A DNA stretch of 64,000 bases, taken from Spirochaetota bacterium. GTDB taxonomy: Bacteria; Spirochaetota; JAGLSM01; JAKPMW01. The stretch is taken from contig JAITCI010000076.1 in assembly GCA_031283155.1 (NCBI GenBank), positions 14,923 to 78,922 of the forward strand, in the 5' to 3' direction. This document shows positions 27,608 to 36,804 of this stretch, piece after piece. Both the position numbers and the translations under genes were made by a program. Position 1 is the stretch's first letter; every line of letters begins with the position of its first letter. The notes beneath the pieces were generated by a model. The model searched no databases. It saw nothing but the letters and a program-made list of their open reading frames with translations, and was not told the DNA's origin.

Positions 27608-28839
27608 AAAGAGAGAGTATGCGTTCAGACAGGGCTGAGACCGAATCGCCGGTTACGGGCAAGATCCGCGAATACACAAAGAAAATTTTCTCCTCGATAC
27701 GGAATTGGCTGAAGAAGCCGGCTGCTCCGGCGCCGGAATCGCAGGACGCGCCGCCTAAGAAAAAAAAGGGCAAGATCCGCGAAAACCTGGAGATCGTTCT
27801 CTCCGCGATTCTGATCGCTGTTGTGATTCGCGTTTTTCTTGTGGATAACTACGAAATTCCATCCGGCTCGATGATCCCCACCATGCTCGAGGGCGACCGG
27901 CTGTTTGTGAGCAAATTTAACTACGGTGTGCGCCTCCCGATTCTCCCGAACTGGAAGCTCCCGCGATTCTCTTCGCCGGATCATGGCAGCATAGTCATTT
28001 TTCAATATCCGAATTACCGTTCCCCGGGCTGGCTCCGCGAACTCGCGGATCTCTTTACATTTTCCATATTCGGGCTGGATCAGATGGAAAAGCATTTTGT
28101 GAAGCGGGCGATTGGTCTCCCGGGCGATTACGTGCGGCTGGAGGGCGACGGCTCGCTTTGGGTAAACGGCAAAAAGGTGCCGCAAACGCTCTACCAGCGC
28201 CGCGTCGTCAGGAGCGAGATGATCGATCCCATGCGCTATGAGTACCGCGTTCGTCTTACGGACGGCACAAATATCATCCACGAATATACGCGCCGGGGCG
28301 GACACGAAGAGGCCGGAACCGTGTATCTTGTGTACCGCGAGGGTGAGCCGGGCAATGAGTACCTTGTGCAGTATCTCGAGGCGAGCCAGGGGGTGTACGC
28401 CCGCCCCTTTCCGCCGGGTACCAGGGCGAGCCACTATTGGTATCAGGATTTTGCCGATTCGTATGTCTCGCAAAATATCCTGCAATCGCCCGTTTTTGAT
28501 CGCGGGCGGTTTGTCGGCAATAACGAGCAGATCACCGTCGCGGCGATAAAGAAAGAGGAGTGGGATCGCGCGCTTGTCCGGCCTGAGAACGCGCTCGTGT
28601 ATGCCGAATCGGGCGAGGCCTGGATACGAACGCGCGCAAGCGCCGATTTGGAACCGCTCTTTGCGATGTACAGTAATCAGTTATGCGCGCGCGTACCCGA
28701 GGATCACTATTTCGTTATGGGTGATAACCGCGATAACAGCAAGGACAGCCGCTTCTGGGGCTTTTTGCACAAGGACTATTTAATGGGCAGTCCGCTTATT
28801 CGCTATTTGCCCCTCCCGCGTTTCGGAACTATGGATTAG
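27604..28839 (+). CDS. lepB: Signal peptidase I (S26 family), long form
   Basis: GSMIPTMLEGDRLFV (Ser box), KRAIGLPGD (Lys box) and YFVMGDNRDNSKDSRFWG. The start overlaps the ileS stop (ATGA). Confidence 0.9.
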   Translation: MKRESMRSDRAETESPVTGKIREYTKKIFSSIRNWLKKPAAPAPESQDAPPKKKKGKIRENLEIVLSAILIAVVIRVFLVDNYEIPSGSMIPTMLEGDRLFVSKFNYGVRLPILPNWKLPRFSSPDHGSIVIFQYPNYRSPGWLRELADLFTFSIFGLDQMEKHFVKRAIGLPGDYVRLEGDGSLWVNGKKVPQTLYQRRVVRSEMIDPMRYEYRVRLTDGTNIIHEYTRRGGHEEAGTVYLVYREGEPGNEYLVQYLEASQGVYARPFPPGTRASHYWYQDFADSYVSQNILQSPVFDRGRFVGNNEQITVAAIKKEEWDRALVRPENALVYAESGEAWIRTRASADLEPLFAMYSNQLCARVPEDHYFVMGDNRDNSKDSRFWGFLHKDYLMGSPLIRYLPLPRFGTMD

Positions 28840-28918
28840 GGCGTGTTCCCAAAGTTTTATTTTTTGTCATTGTGATGCTGTTCGTCGCAACGCGACGATA
28901 TAATTCATCCTTTCAGCA

Positions 28919-29030
28919 ATGCCCGCAGGGCATAACGTTCTGAAAGAACGTGATACCCTGCGGGCACAGGCGCAATCCACTATGACATTTTACAACATGG
29001 ATTGCGCTTGTGCCCTGTGGGTATCGGCTA
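28919..29030. repeat. Structured intergenic region: 21-bp imperfect inverted repeat (GCCCGCAGGGCATAACGTTCT/AGAACGTGATACCCTGCGGGC), second hairpin GCGCAATCCA..TGGATTGCGC, third CCCTGYGGG copy
   Basis: Lies between the convergent lepB and MCP genes. Palindromic CCCGCAGGG / CCCTGCGGG / CCCTGTGGG motifs at 28921, 28955 and 28994. Confidence 0.5.
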
Positions 29031-29077
29031 CGCCTCGCAATGACGAAAATATTGCCAAGTGACGCTTTATTGCGGCG

Positions 29078-30553
29078 CTATCTTTTCTTTTGACCTTTTT
29101 TCTTTTTTTTGCCGGCCATATAATCCGCGAAATCATTCACAACTTCACTCATTTCATCCGACCGGCTGAAGAGTTCCTGCGACGCGCTTGCGCTTTCCTC
29201 GGAGGTGGCTGCGTTTTGCTGTACGACCTTTTCCATTTCCGACACGCCAATATGCACCTGCTCAATTCCCTTGGACTGCTCCTCGGTAGCGATTGCGACC
29301 TGCGCGATAAGATCCCGTAGCTCATTTGCCTGCTGCACAACAATGTCTATTTCTTTTCCGGTTTCGATAAATATCTCAATGCCTTCTTTTACTTTGGCGA
29401 TAGTCTCTTCGATCATCTCCGCTGTTCGCCTCGATGCGTCGGCGGAACGCATCGAGAGGCCGCGCACCTCGTCCGCGACTACCGCAAACCCGGCACCCAC
29501 CTCGCCCGCGCGCGCAGCCTCGACTGCGGCATTGAGCGAGAGGAGGTTCGTTTGGAACGCGATCTCGTCGATGGACTTGATGATCTTGAAGGTTTCGTTG
29601 CTCGCCCGGGCTATTTCCTCACTCGCGGCAAGCGAACGCTGCATCGCCTGGTGGGTACCCACAACGGCGTCGCTGGCCGCTTTCGCGTTTTTGCTCGCGT
29701 GGGTGGCATTTTCCGCGTTGTGTTTGACCGTGGACGCGAGTTCATGCAAAGTGGCCGAGATCTCTTCAATGGAAGCCGCCTGTTCAGATGAGGCAGCAGC
29801 CAGGGCTGAGCTTCCGGAGGCCAGTTCTTTGGAATTCATGGCGACGCTGTGTGAGGTGTGATGCAGCGCGTCCACCACATTATTCACGGTTTTGACCAGA
29901 TTCATGACGGCTTTGGAGAGATAGCCGCCCATGCCTATGCCCAGGACGATCATCGCGATCAATATCACATACATGGCGTTGGTGGCTGTTGCGGCGTTTT
30001 TATATGCGTCTATTTTGGCGTCTTCGGTTCTCTTGTCCACGAAAGTACGCATATCGATCAGGAGCTGTATTGATCTCGCCTGCATTGGGGGGCGTCCCAG
30101 ATCTATCGCCATCTGCGCAATCGTGGTCGGGGCGTCGGGTTTTCCGCGGTGTTCCGCAGCGCCACGTATGAGCTGCTGGTCAACCTTCTCGAGATTTTCG
30201 GCAATCTGTTTGAGTTCATCGTACATGATCTGCACTTCTTCACGCTTTGGAAGCGGCGCATAGCGTTCAAGCGCGGCGTTCAGACGCTTCATTCCATTGC
30301 TCATTTCGGTAAACTGGGCGTCGTACAGCGTCAGGCCGAGAAGGGGGTTCTTCCAGCGTTCCTGCGCAAACGCGCGTTCCAGTATCGCGATTCGGATGTT
30401 CATCTGGGCGTCGAGCCGCACAACCGTGTCATCGGCAAGCAAGTGAATGGCACCGTCGAGTTTGCCGATTTCCACGAGCGAAATCACGCTTCCGATGATT
30501 CCCGTAGTCGCAATAAGTACAAAACCCGTAATCATTTTACTTGCAAGTGTCAT
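29078..30553 (-). CDS. Methyl-accepting chemotaxis protein
   Basis: N-terminal TM-sensor-TM-HAMP and a C-terminal MCP signalling domain (EEISATLHELASTVKHNAENA...). Confidence 0.9.
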   Translation of the reverse strand: MTLASKMITGFVLIATTGIIGSVISLVEIGKLDGAIHLLADDTVVRLDAQMNIRIAILERAFAQERWKNPLLGLTLYDAQFTEMSNGMKRLNAALERYAPLPKREEVQIMYDELKQIAENLEKVDQQLIRGAAEHRGKPDAPTTIAQMAIDLGRPPMQARSIQLLIDMRTFVDKRTEDAKIDAYKNAATATNAMYVILIAMIVLGIGMGGYLSKAVMNLVKTVNNVVDALHHTSHSVAMNSKELASGSSALAAASSEQAASIEEISATLHELASTVKHNAENATHASKNAKAASDAVVGTHQAMQRSLAASEEIARASNETFKIIKSIDEIAFQTNLLSLNAAVEAARAGEVGAGFAVVADEVRGLSMRSADASRRTAEMIEETIAKVKEGIEIFIETGKEIDIVVQQANELRDLIAQVAIATEEQSKGIEQVHIGVSEMEKVVQQNAATSEESASASQELFSRSDEMSEVVNDFADYMAGKKKKKGQKKR

Positions 30554-30666
30554 AGGCGTCCTCTGTATGAGTAAAAATGAAAGAGCAGAACCAAATTTAA
30601 TTTACTCTTTGCATTAAGTAAATGTCAAGAGAGAAAATTCTTTCGCGTATGGGCGCTTTTGCGGGC

Positions 30667-31923
30667 TTACCCCAGTCCGGGCGGCGGAAATTTGCTGCAG
30701 AGCGAAGCGACCTCGCCCGCGATGCGCGCGTGGAGGGCGGCGTCTTCCGGCGCGCGGATAACCTCGTCAATACAGACGGCGATCTGTTCCATCTCCGCCT
30801 CCATAAATCCGCGTGAGGTGACGGCGGCGGTTCCGATACGGATACCGCTCGGGTCAAAGGGCTTGCGCTTGTCAAAGGGTACGGCGTTGCAGTTCAGCAC
30901 GATACCTGCGGCGTTTAAGGCCACCGCCGCCGCGCGCCCGGAGATATTTTTGTTTGCGAGATCAGCAAGGATGAGGTGGTTATCGGTACCCCCTGTTATC
31001 AGGGTAAAGCCGCGTTTCGTCAGGGCTGTAGCGAGCGCGCGCGCATTCGCGACAATCTGCGCGGCATACGTCTCAAAGGCGGGCAGACTTGCTTCCTTGA
31101 AAGCGACCGCCATTGCCGCCGTGGTGTGGTTATGGGGGCCGCCCTGCACACCCGGAAATACCGCCTTATCGATAGCTGCGGCATATTTTTCTTTGCACAG
31201 GATTATGCCGCCCCGGGGGCCGCGCAGGGTTTTGTGCGTCGTACTCGTCACAACGTCGGCATAGGGTATGGGCGAGGGGTGTGCCTTGCCCGCGACCAGC
31301 CCCGCGAAATGCGCCATATCGACCATCAGGATCGCGCCCGCCTCGTCGGCGATGGCGCGAAAGCGCTCGAAGTCGGGGATGCGCGGATAGGCGGAATGTC
31401 CGGCGATGATCATCTTTGGCTTATGCTCGAGGGCGAGCGCGCGGATATTCTCGTAGTTAAGCTGATGCGTTCCCTCGTCAAGTCCGTACGAAAAGGCTTT
31501 GAAGTATTTTCCGGTGATACTGACATTCGCGCCATGGGTGAGATGCCCGCCGTGCGGCAGCGCCATGCCGAGAACCGTATCCCCGGGGGAGAGAAAAGCC
31601 AGATAAACGGCTAAATTTGCGGGCGATCCGGAATAGGGCTGCACATTTACGTGCTCCGCGCCGAAAAGATCCTGCGCGCGTTTGATCGCGAGTTCTTCTA
31701 TCTGATCTATAAACTCCTGCCCCTCGTAGTAGCGTTTGCCCGCGTAGCCCTCGGAATATTTGTTTGTGAGGACGGTTCCGCTTGCCTCCAGAACCGCGCG
31801 CGAGACATAATTCTCGGAGGCGATCAGGCGGATCTTGTCGAACTGCCGTTTTTCTTCCGCGCGGATCAGCCAGGCAAGCTGGGGATCGGTATGTCTTAAG
31901 GCGTGCAGTACGTGTTTGCTCAT
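30667..31923 (-). CDS. glyA: Serine hydroxymethyltransferase
   Basis: 418 aa with canonical SHMT motifs (TTHKTLRGPRGG PLP-lysine region). Confidence 0.97.
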   Translation of the reverse strand: MSKHVLHALRHTDPQLAWLIRAEEKRQFDKIRLIASENYVSRAVLEASGTVLTNKYSEGYAGKRYYEGQEFIDQIEELAIKRAQDLFGAEHVNVQPYSGSPANLAVYLAFLSPGDTVLGMALPHGGHLTHGANVSITGKYFKAFSYGLDEGTHQLNYENIRALALEHKPKMIIAGHSAYPRIPDFERFRAIADEAGAILMVDMAHFAGLVAGKAHPSPIPYADVVTSTTHKTLRGPRGGIILCKEKYAAAIDKAVFPGVQGGPHNHTTAAMAVAFKEASLPAFETYAAQIVANARALATALTKRGFTLITGGTDNHLILADLANKNISGRAAAVALNAAGIVLNCNAVPFDKRKPFDPSGIRIGTAAVTSRGFMEAEMEQIAVCIDEVIRAPEDAALHARIAGEVASLCSKFPPPGLG

Positions 31924-32070
31924 AGCGCTTCCAGTCTGATATAAAAAATCATCGGTTTGATACAGGATAATCTAGGCACGTACCGCGCGGGTTGTAAACA
32001 CTCTTGTACAGGGTTCAGAATTTATGTAGCTTTCGGGCAGTCTGCATATATCGGGGCAGGAGCGCCCTTC

Positions 32071-33336
32071 ATGAAACTCTTAAAAAATGAAAAAGTCATC
32101 AATATTATAGAAAACACGCTCAACTGTGTGGACGCGCGGCTGATCGATCACGGAAAACGGGTCGCGTACCGCGTCTACAAGATGCTGGAGGCGCAAAACA
32201 CCTACGACGATATAATGCTGCGCGATATATGTATTCTGGCAATGCTGCACGATATAGGCGCGTATAAAACCGAAGAGATTGATAATATGGTGACATTTGA
32301 GGGAGTGAACGTCTGGGAACATTCCGTGTACGGATATCTTTTCCTGAAGTATTTCTCTCCCTTAAAGCATCTGGCACCGGCAATACTTTTTCATCATGCC
32401 TCATGCAAAGAAACAGAATGTCTGGATCCGTTTTTGCGGGAACTGGCGCAGATCATTTTCCTGTGCGACAGAGCCGACGTTTTTTCATGCCGTTCCAGCA
32501 GCTATGCAGATTTTCTGAGCCATCTTGAAAAAGTCCGCGATATAACATTTTACTCCGGCGTGATTGAGAAGTTCCGCGCTGCGGCTGCGGATCTCGTACA
32601 GATTGACGATATCATTAACAGCGATGAAAAATTCAACAGCCTTTTGTATGACACGCCTCTTTCCGGTGATGAGGCCTCAAGATACCTCGAGATGATCATT
32701 TTTGCCATAGAGTCCCGAAGCCGCCAAACCGTTATCCATACCATTGCCACCGTAAAAATCACCGTTACCCTCGGCAGGCTTCTGGGCGTGGACGCGCAGG
32801 GACTCGAGATACTCGAGACGGGCGCTTTGCTGCATGACATCGGGAAAACGGGTGTACCGGTGCATATCCTGGAGAGTACAAACCGCTTAAATACGGATGA
32901 ATTCGCGATCATGAAAAGTCATGTGGATTTTACCGGAAAAATTATCGAGGGCAGCGTTGACGAGGAGATCAGGGATCTCGCGGTGAGCCATCATGAAAAA
33001 ACCAATGGATCGGGTTATCCAAAGGGCATTCCGAATCCATCCCTGTATATCCGCATACTGGCCATAGCCGATATCTTAAGCGCCCTTTGCGGCGAACGCA
33101 CCTATAAAAAGGCGTTATCGAAAGACGAGATAGCCGCGATCATCACCGGAATGAGCGTGGAAAACATGATTGATCCGGAAATAACGGCGCTCGCCATTCA
33201 GCACTATGACGATATACTGGCGGAAGTCAATACGGCAACCAAACCCACTCTGGACGTTTATACCGCAATACTGGACGAATACAGGATTATTCTGGATTGC
33301 GTCAGGAGGGCGGACTTTAAGGCGATACGTTTGTAA
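32071..33336 (+). CDS. Tandem HD / HD-GYP domain protein (c-di-GMP phosphodiesterase family)
   Basis: The first HD (LHDIGAYK) is degenerate. The second is canonical: ALLHDIGKTGVP ... HHEKTNGSGYPKG (HD-GYP). Confidence 0.85.
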   Translation: MKLLKNEKVINIIENTLNCVDARLIDHGKRVAYRVYKMLEAQNTYDDIMLRDICILAMLHDIGAYKTEEIDNMVTFEGVNVWEHSVYGYLFLKYFSPLKHLAPAILFHHASCKETECLDPFLRELAQIIFLCDRADVFSCRSSSYADFLSHLEKVRDITFYSGVIEKFRAAAADLVQIDDIINSDEKFNSLLYDTPLSGDEASRYLEMIIFAIESRSRQTVIHTIATVKITVTLGRLLGVDAQGLEILETGALLHDIGKTGVPVHILESTNRLNTDEFAIMKSHVDFTGKIIEGSVDEEIRDLAVSHHEKTNGSGYPKGIPNPSLYIRILAIADILSALCGERTYKKALSKDEIAAIITGMSVENMIDPEITALAIQHYDDILAEVNTATKPTLDVYTAILDEYRIILDCVRRADFKAIRL

Positions 33337-34119
33337 TCACGTATACGAACCCACAGGCGGCGCGAAGCGAACCAGGAGCCGCCTGGAGTCAAGCCCCGCG
33401 CGCGAAAGCGTGTGTATCCCAACCGGAATCAGCGCGTCCGCGCCCAAACGCAATTCCAGCTTTGCCTCTCCCTCGCGGTTAAGCGCCCATGCGAATTGTT
33501 CAAGGCTTGTCATGTCCCTGAATATTTCGTTGGTGCGCATTCCAGCAGCGATTTTTCCGGGCATGAGTTCGGCAAATATATGCGAGAAAAACAGCAGCAC
33601 AAACCGATCATCAAAAACCGCAATCGGTTCCGGGTAATTATTAACAGCGGCGCGCGTCACCGCGTCGGCAAGCAGGAGTTCCTCCTGCCGCAATGCCTCA
33701 AATTCCTGCAGCTGCGTAATGATCGCGTTTAAGGTTTCGCCCAGATTGCCGAGATCGTCCTCATTCGGGAAAGAGATATTATTCAGCGAGAATACCGATC
33801 TGTCATTGCCCAGGGACGCGAGCTTGCGCACATAACTGCGGTAGGTGCCGAGCCGCCCGCGCTGCATACCGGCAAGAATGGAGATACACAGCAGGATACC
33901 CGCGAGCGCAGCCGCAAGGCCGATGGTGCTGTAGAGTTCGAGATTTTCGGCAAGTTCCGGGAGCGCCTCGCTGTAATCCGAATCCTCCTGCGCGATAACA
34001 GCCTTCACCCCTCCGGAGAGCAATTTGCTGTGTACCGAGATAACGCTCCCGAATACAATCGGCAGGAGTGCGAGTATGATGAGCAGGATACGAATGCGTC
34101 TGAATCGGGAATATTTCAT
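33337..34119 (-). CDS. Hypothetical membrane protein (TM - periplasmic segment - TM - cytoplasmic helical domain)
   Basis: Two TM helices followed by a HAMP-like region. No enzymatic motif. Confidence 0.5.
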   Translation of the reverse strand: MKYSRFRRIRILLIILALLPIVFGSVISVHSKLLSGGVKAVIAQEDSDYSEALPELAENLELYSTIGLAAALAGILLCISILAGMQRGRLGTYRSYVRKLASLGNDRSVFSLNNISFPNEDDLGNLGETLNAIITQLQEFEALRQEELLLADAVTRAAVNNYPEPIAVFDDRFVLLFFSHIFAELMPGKIAAGMRTNEIFRDMTSLEQFAWALNREGEAKLELRLGADALIPVGIHTLSRAGLDSRRLLVRFAPPVGSYT

Positions 34120-34829
34120 GACAAATTTTCCTCATCCGGGGCAAAGGCGTTGATCAGGGAGCGGATATTTTCTTCTTTTCCGACAAGCACCAGCGTGTCA
34201 TGATCCCGCAGGGGTTCGTCGGCGGGCGGCGCGTCGATAAAGCGTTCGCTGTACACGGTTTCGCGGGTTAAGCTGTCTATGCGCGGGTAGCGCCGCCGGA
34301 TTGCGATAACCAGAACGTGGAAGCGCTGCCGCAGGTTCAGCTCGATTAAGGTATGATCCACAAAAGACGGCGGAATATTAAAATCGGCCATGAGCTGATT
34401 TTCCGCGAGACGAACCACGGCATGGATATTCGGCGCGGTTAATCTGTTGGCGAGGCTGCGCGCGGCGTCCTGCTCGGGGAAGATCACGTTTTTTGCGCCG
34501 ATGGAGGCGAGTATCTTGCGGTGGGTCTCGTTTGTGGCGCGCGCGTATATGCCGGTAAAGCCCTTTTCGATAAGCTGGAGCGTCATCAGGATCGATTGTT
34601 CCAGATTCCCGATACATATAATCGCGTGATCTATTTCATTGCTGTCGATGGAGTTAAGCCAGCCTGCGTCTATGGGGTCGATCACGCGGATATTCGGGAT
34701 GCGCCCGGACATGGCCTGCATCACATTTTCGCTGACCTCTATCGCGAGTATCTCAACCCCTTTGGCCGCGAGTTCTTCCGCAACCGTTATGCCAAAGGTT
34801 CCGAGACCGATAACAAGCACTCTTTCCAT
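34116..34829 (-). CDS. trkA: Potassium uptake protein TrkA (NAD-binding + TrkA-C)
   Basis: MERVLVIGLGTFG Rossmann motif, about 237 aa, and translationally coupled to trkH. Confidence 0.85.
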   Translation of the reverse strand: MERVLVIGLGTFGITVAEELAAKGVEILAIEVSENVMQAMSGRIPNIRVIDPIDAGWLNSIDSNEIDHAIICIGNLEQSILMTLQLIEKGFTGIYARATNETHRKILASIGAKNVIFPEQDAARSLANRLTAPNIHAVVRLAENQLMADFNIPPSFVDHTLIELNLRQRFHVLVIAIRRRYPRIDSLTRETVYSERFIDAPPADEPLRDHDTLVLVGKEENIRSLINAFAPDEENLS

Positions 34830-34834
34830 ATATA

Positions 34835-36670
34835 TTACCCAACCATGATCCGTTCCCGGGGATATCGTTCTTTGGCGCGCATGGCCGGTTTGTTGCCCCC
34901 GGCGGCGATGATCAGGGTCAGGGGACCGATGCGGCCAAGAAACATGATCAAGATAATAACCAGGCGGGCAAGCGGCGCGAGTTGCTGCGTGATCCCCGCC
35001 GAGAGCCCCACCGTTCCCGCCGCCGAGATCACCTCAAACAGAACCTTCAGGAATTCAAGCCCGGGCTGGATAAGCAGCAGGAGCAGGCACCCCATGAAAA
35101 TTATCGCCAGAAAGCAGGCGGTAATCGCGAGCGCCTTGATCACCACCTCGCGCGGGATGGTGCGGTGCATCACCACCACTGTATCGCGGTTTTGGATGAC
35201 GCTGCGTATCGCGAACCACATCACCGCAAAGGTGGTGGTCTTAACGCCCCCGCCGGTGGATCCCGGGGAGGATCCGATGAACATCAGGACGATGATAACG
35301 AGCAGGGCAGCCGGATGCAGGAGCGTGAAGTCGATGGTGCTGAAACCCGCCGTTCTCGAGGCGGAACTCTGGAAGAGCGAAGACAAAACGCTCGCGCCGA
35401 AATCAAAATCGCGCATCGAGTTGTCCCATTCCAGGAGATAAAAGGCAATCGCGCCAATCGCGATCAAAAGGGCGGTGGTGATGAGCACTATCCTGCTGTG
35501 CAGGGAGAGCGGCTGCTTTTTTTTCTGCGCGAAGCGAACGCGGAGCCAGGAGCGCGTTTCGACAACGACAAGAAAGCCGAGGCTTCCGAGGGTGGAGAGC
35601 GCAATGATAATACCGAGTATTACGGGGTCGTTTACGCTGGGGATCATGCTGTTCGCGCCAAGCGAGATGCCGCAGCTGCAAAATGCCGAGACCGCCTGAA
35701 ATACCGACGCGAAGAGAATTGCGTCTAGTGGCATACCGGTCTGCGGCGCAAAAAATTGACGCCAGAGGAATATAAAAAGCGCTCCCGCAAATTCAATGCT
35801 GAGCGTCAGGCGGATGATATCGCGGATGAGTTCGCGGATGGATGCGGGTTTGAAAACGTCCAGTTGATCAAAGGTCGTGTTCTGCTCGGACAGGGATATC
35901 CGGCTGTGAAAGGCCAGACCGATGGATACCGCGATGGTCATGATCCCGAGTCCGCCCATCTGGATCAGGAAGAGGAGTACAACCTGCCCAAAAACAGAAA
36001 AATTGGCGGTAACATCGCATACGCTTAAGCCCGTTACGCACACCGAGGAGGTTGCCATAAACAGCGCGTCGATAAAGGGCAGCCGCACGTCTTCGGCGCT
36101 TGCCTGCGGCAGGGAGAGCAGCACCGAGCCGGCCAGGATAATCGCGGCAAAGCCAAAAAGGATCGCGCGCGCGGGCTGCGCGTGGGTGTTCGCGAAAATA
36201 TCGCGCACCGATTTCAGGGTCGGAATGACGCGCGCGAACACGATCAGGGCGCGCGTTATGATGCAGAGCGACAGGAGAGTGGTGGGGCTTAATTCCTGGA
36301 GCGCGAAATGCGCGCCCTCGGTGGGTTCCCAGAGGGAAAACAGGAAAAAGATGGTGGTGGTTATAAGCGCCAAAAGATCATGCCGCAGGAAGGCGCGCAG
36401 GCGGAACAAGAGGCCTGCGATAGCGCGTATGCGCCACGCATGGCTCTGCTCCGCGCCGCCGCTCTCATCACTCGTCCGTTTCATGTACAGCAGGAGCCGC
36501 AGCGCAATATCGCAGCAAAACGCGATTCGGAGACCGGCGTCGAGTACCTCGATCTCCCCCCAGCCAATCCCGCTCGATTCCGTGGCGAAGAGATAGAGCG
36601 CGGCTACCGTCAGCCCCAGGAGTGCGATGATGCTATCGAGCGCTCGGATGATCTGTTCGCGGTGGGACAT
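34835..36670 (-). CDS. trkH: Potassium uptake transporter TrkH/KtrB family
   Basis: Multiple M-P-M repeats with filter-like CVTGLS / TAGFSTIDF / GGLG motifs. Start chosen at MSHREQI with SD ggga. Confidence 0.85.
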   Translation of the reverse strand: MSHREQIIRALDSIIALLGLTVAALYLFATESSGIGWGEIEVLDAGLRIAFCCDIALRLLLYMKRTSDESGGAEQSHAWRIRAIAGLLFRLRAFLRHDLLALITTTIFFLFSLWEPTEGAHFALQELSPTTLLSLCIITRALIVFARVIPTLKSVRDIFANTHAQPARAILFGFAAIILAGSVLLSLPQASAEDVRLPFIDALFMATSSVCVTGLSVCDVTANFSVFGQVVLLFLIQMGGLGIMTIAVSIGLAFHSRISLSEQNTTFDQLDVFKPASIRELIRDIIRLTLSIEFAGALFIFLWRQFFAPQTGMPLDAILFASVFQAVSAFCSCGISLGANSMIPSVNDPVILGIIIALSTLGSLGFLVVVETRSWLRVRFAQKKKQPLSLHSRIVLITTALLIAIGAIAFYLLEWDNSMRDFDFGASVLSSLFQSSASRTAGFSTIDFTLLHPAALLVIIVLMFIGSSPGSTGGGVKTTTFAVMWFAIRSVIQNRDTVVVMHRTIPREVVIKALAITACFLAIIFMGCLLLLLIQPGLEFLKVLFEVISAAGTVGLSAGITQQLAPLARLVIILIMFLGRIGPLTLIIAAGGNKPAMRAKERYPRERIMVG

Positions 36671-36804
36671 ACTCGTTTCCCGGCTGTTTTGGTCAATGCA
36701 ATATGCAATAATAGGATTATCGGACTGCGGGTGCAAATTTGATCTCTTTCTCCAATATTAACTCATGCGCCATATCTGCCGAAACTGGAAGCGGGAGAAT
36801 CGCC

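Noticed and set aside
28919-29030. Possible CRISPR-like repeats (CCCGCAGGG / CCCTGCGGG / CCCTGTGGG)
   Set aside because: There are only three short, mutually reverse-complementary copies with irregular spacing, and they form hairpins. There are no regular repeat-spacer units and no cas genes.
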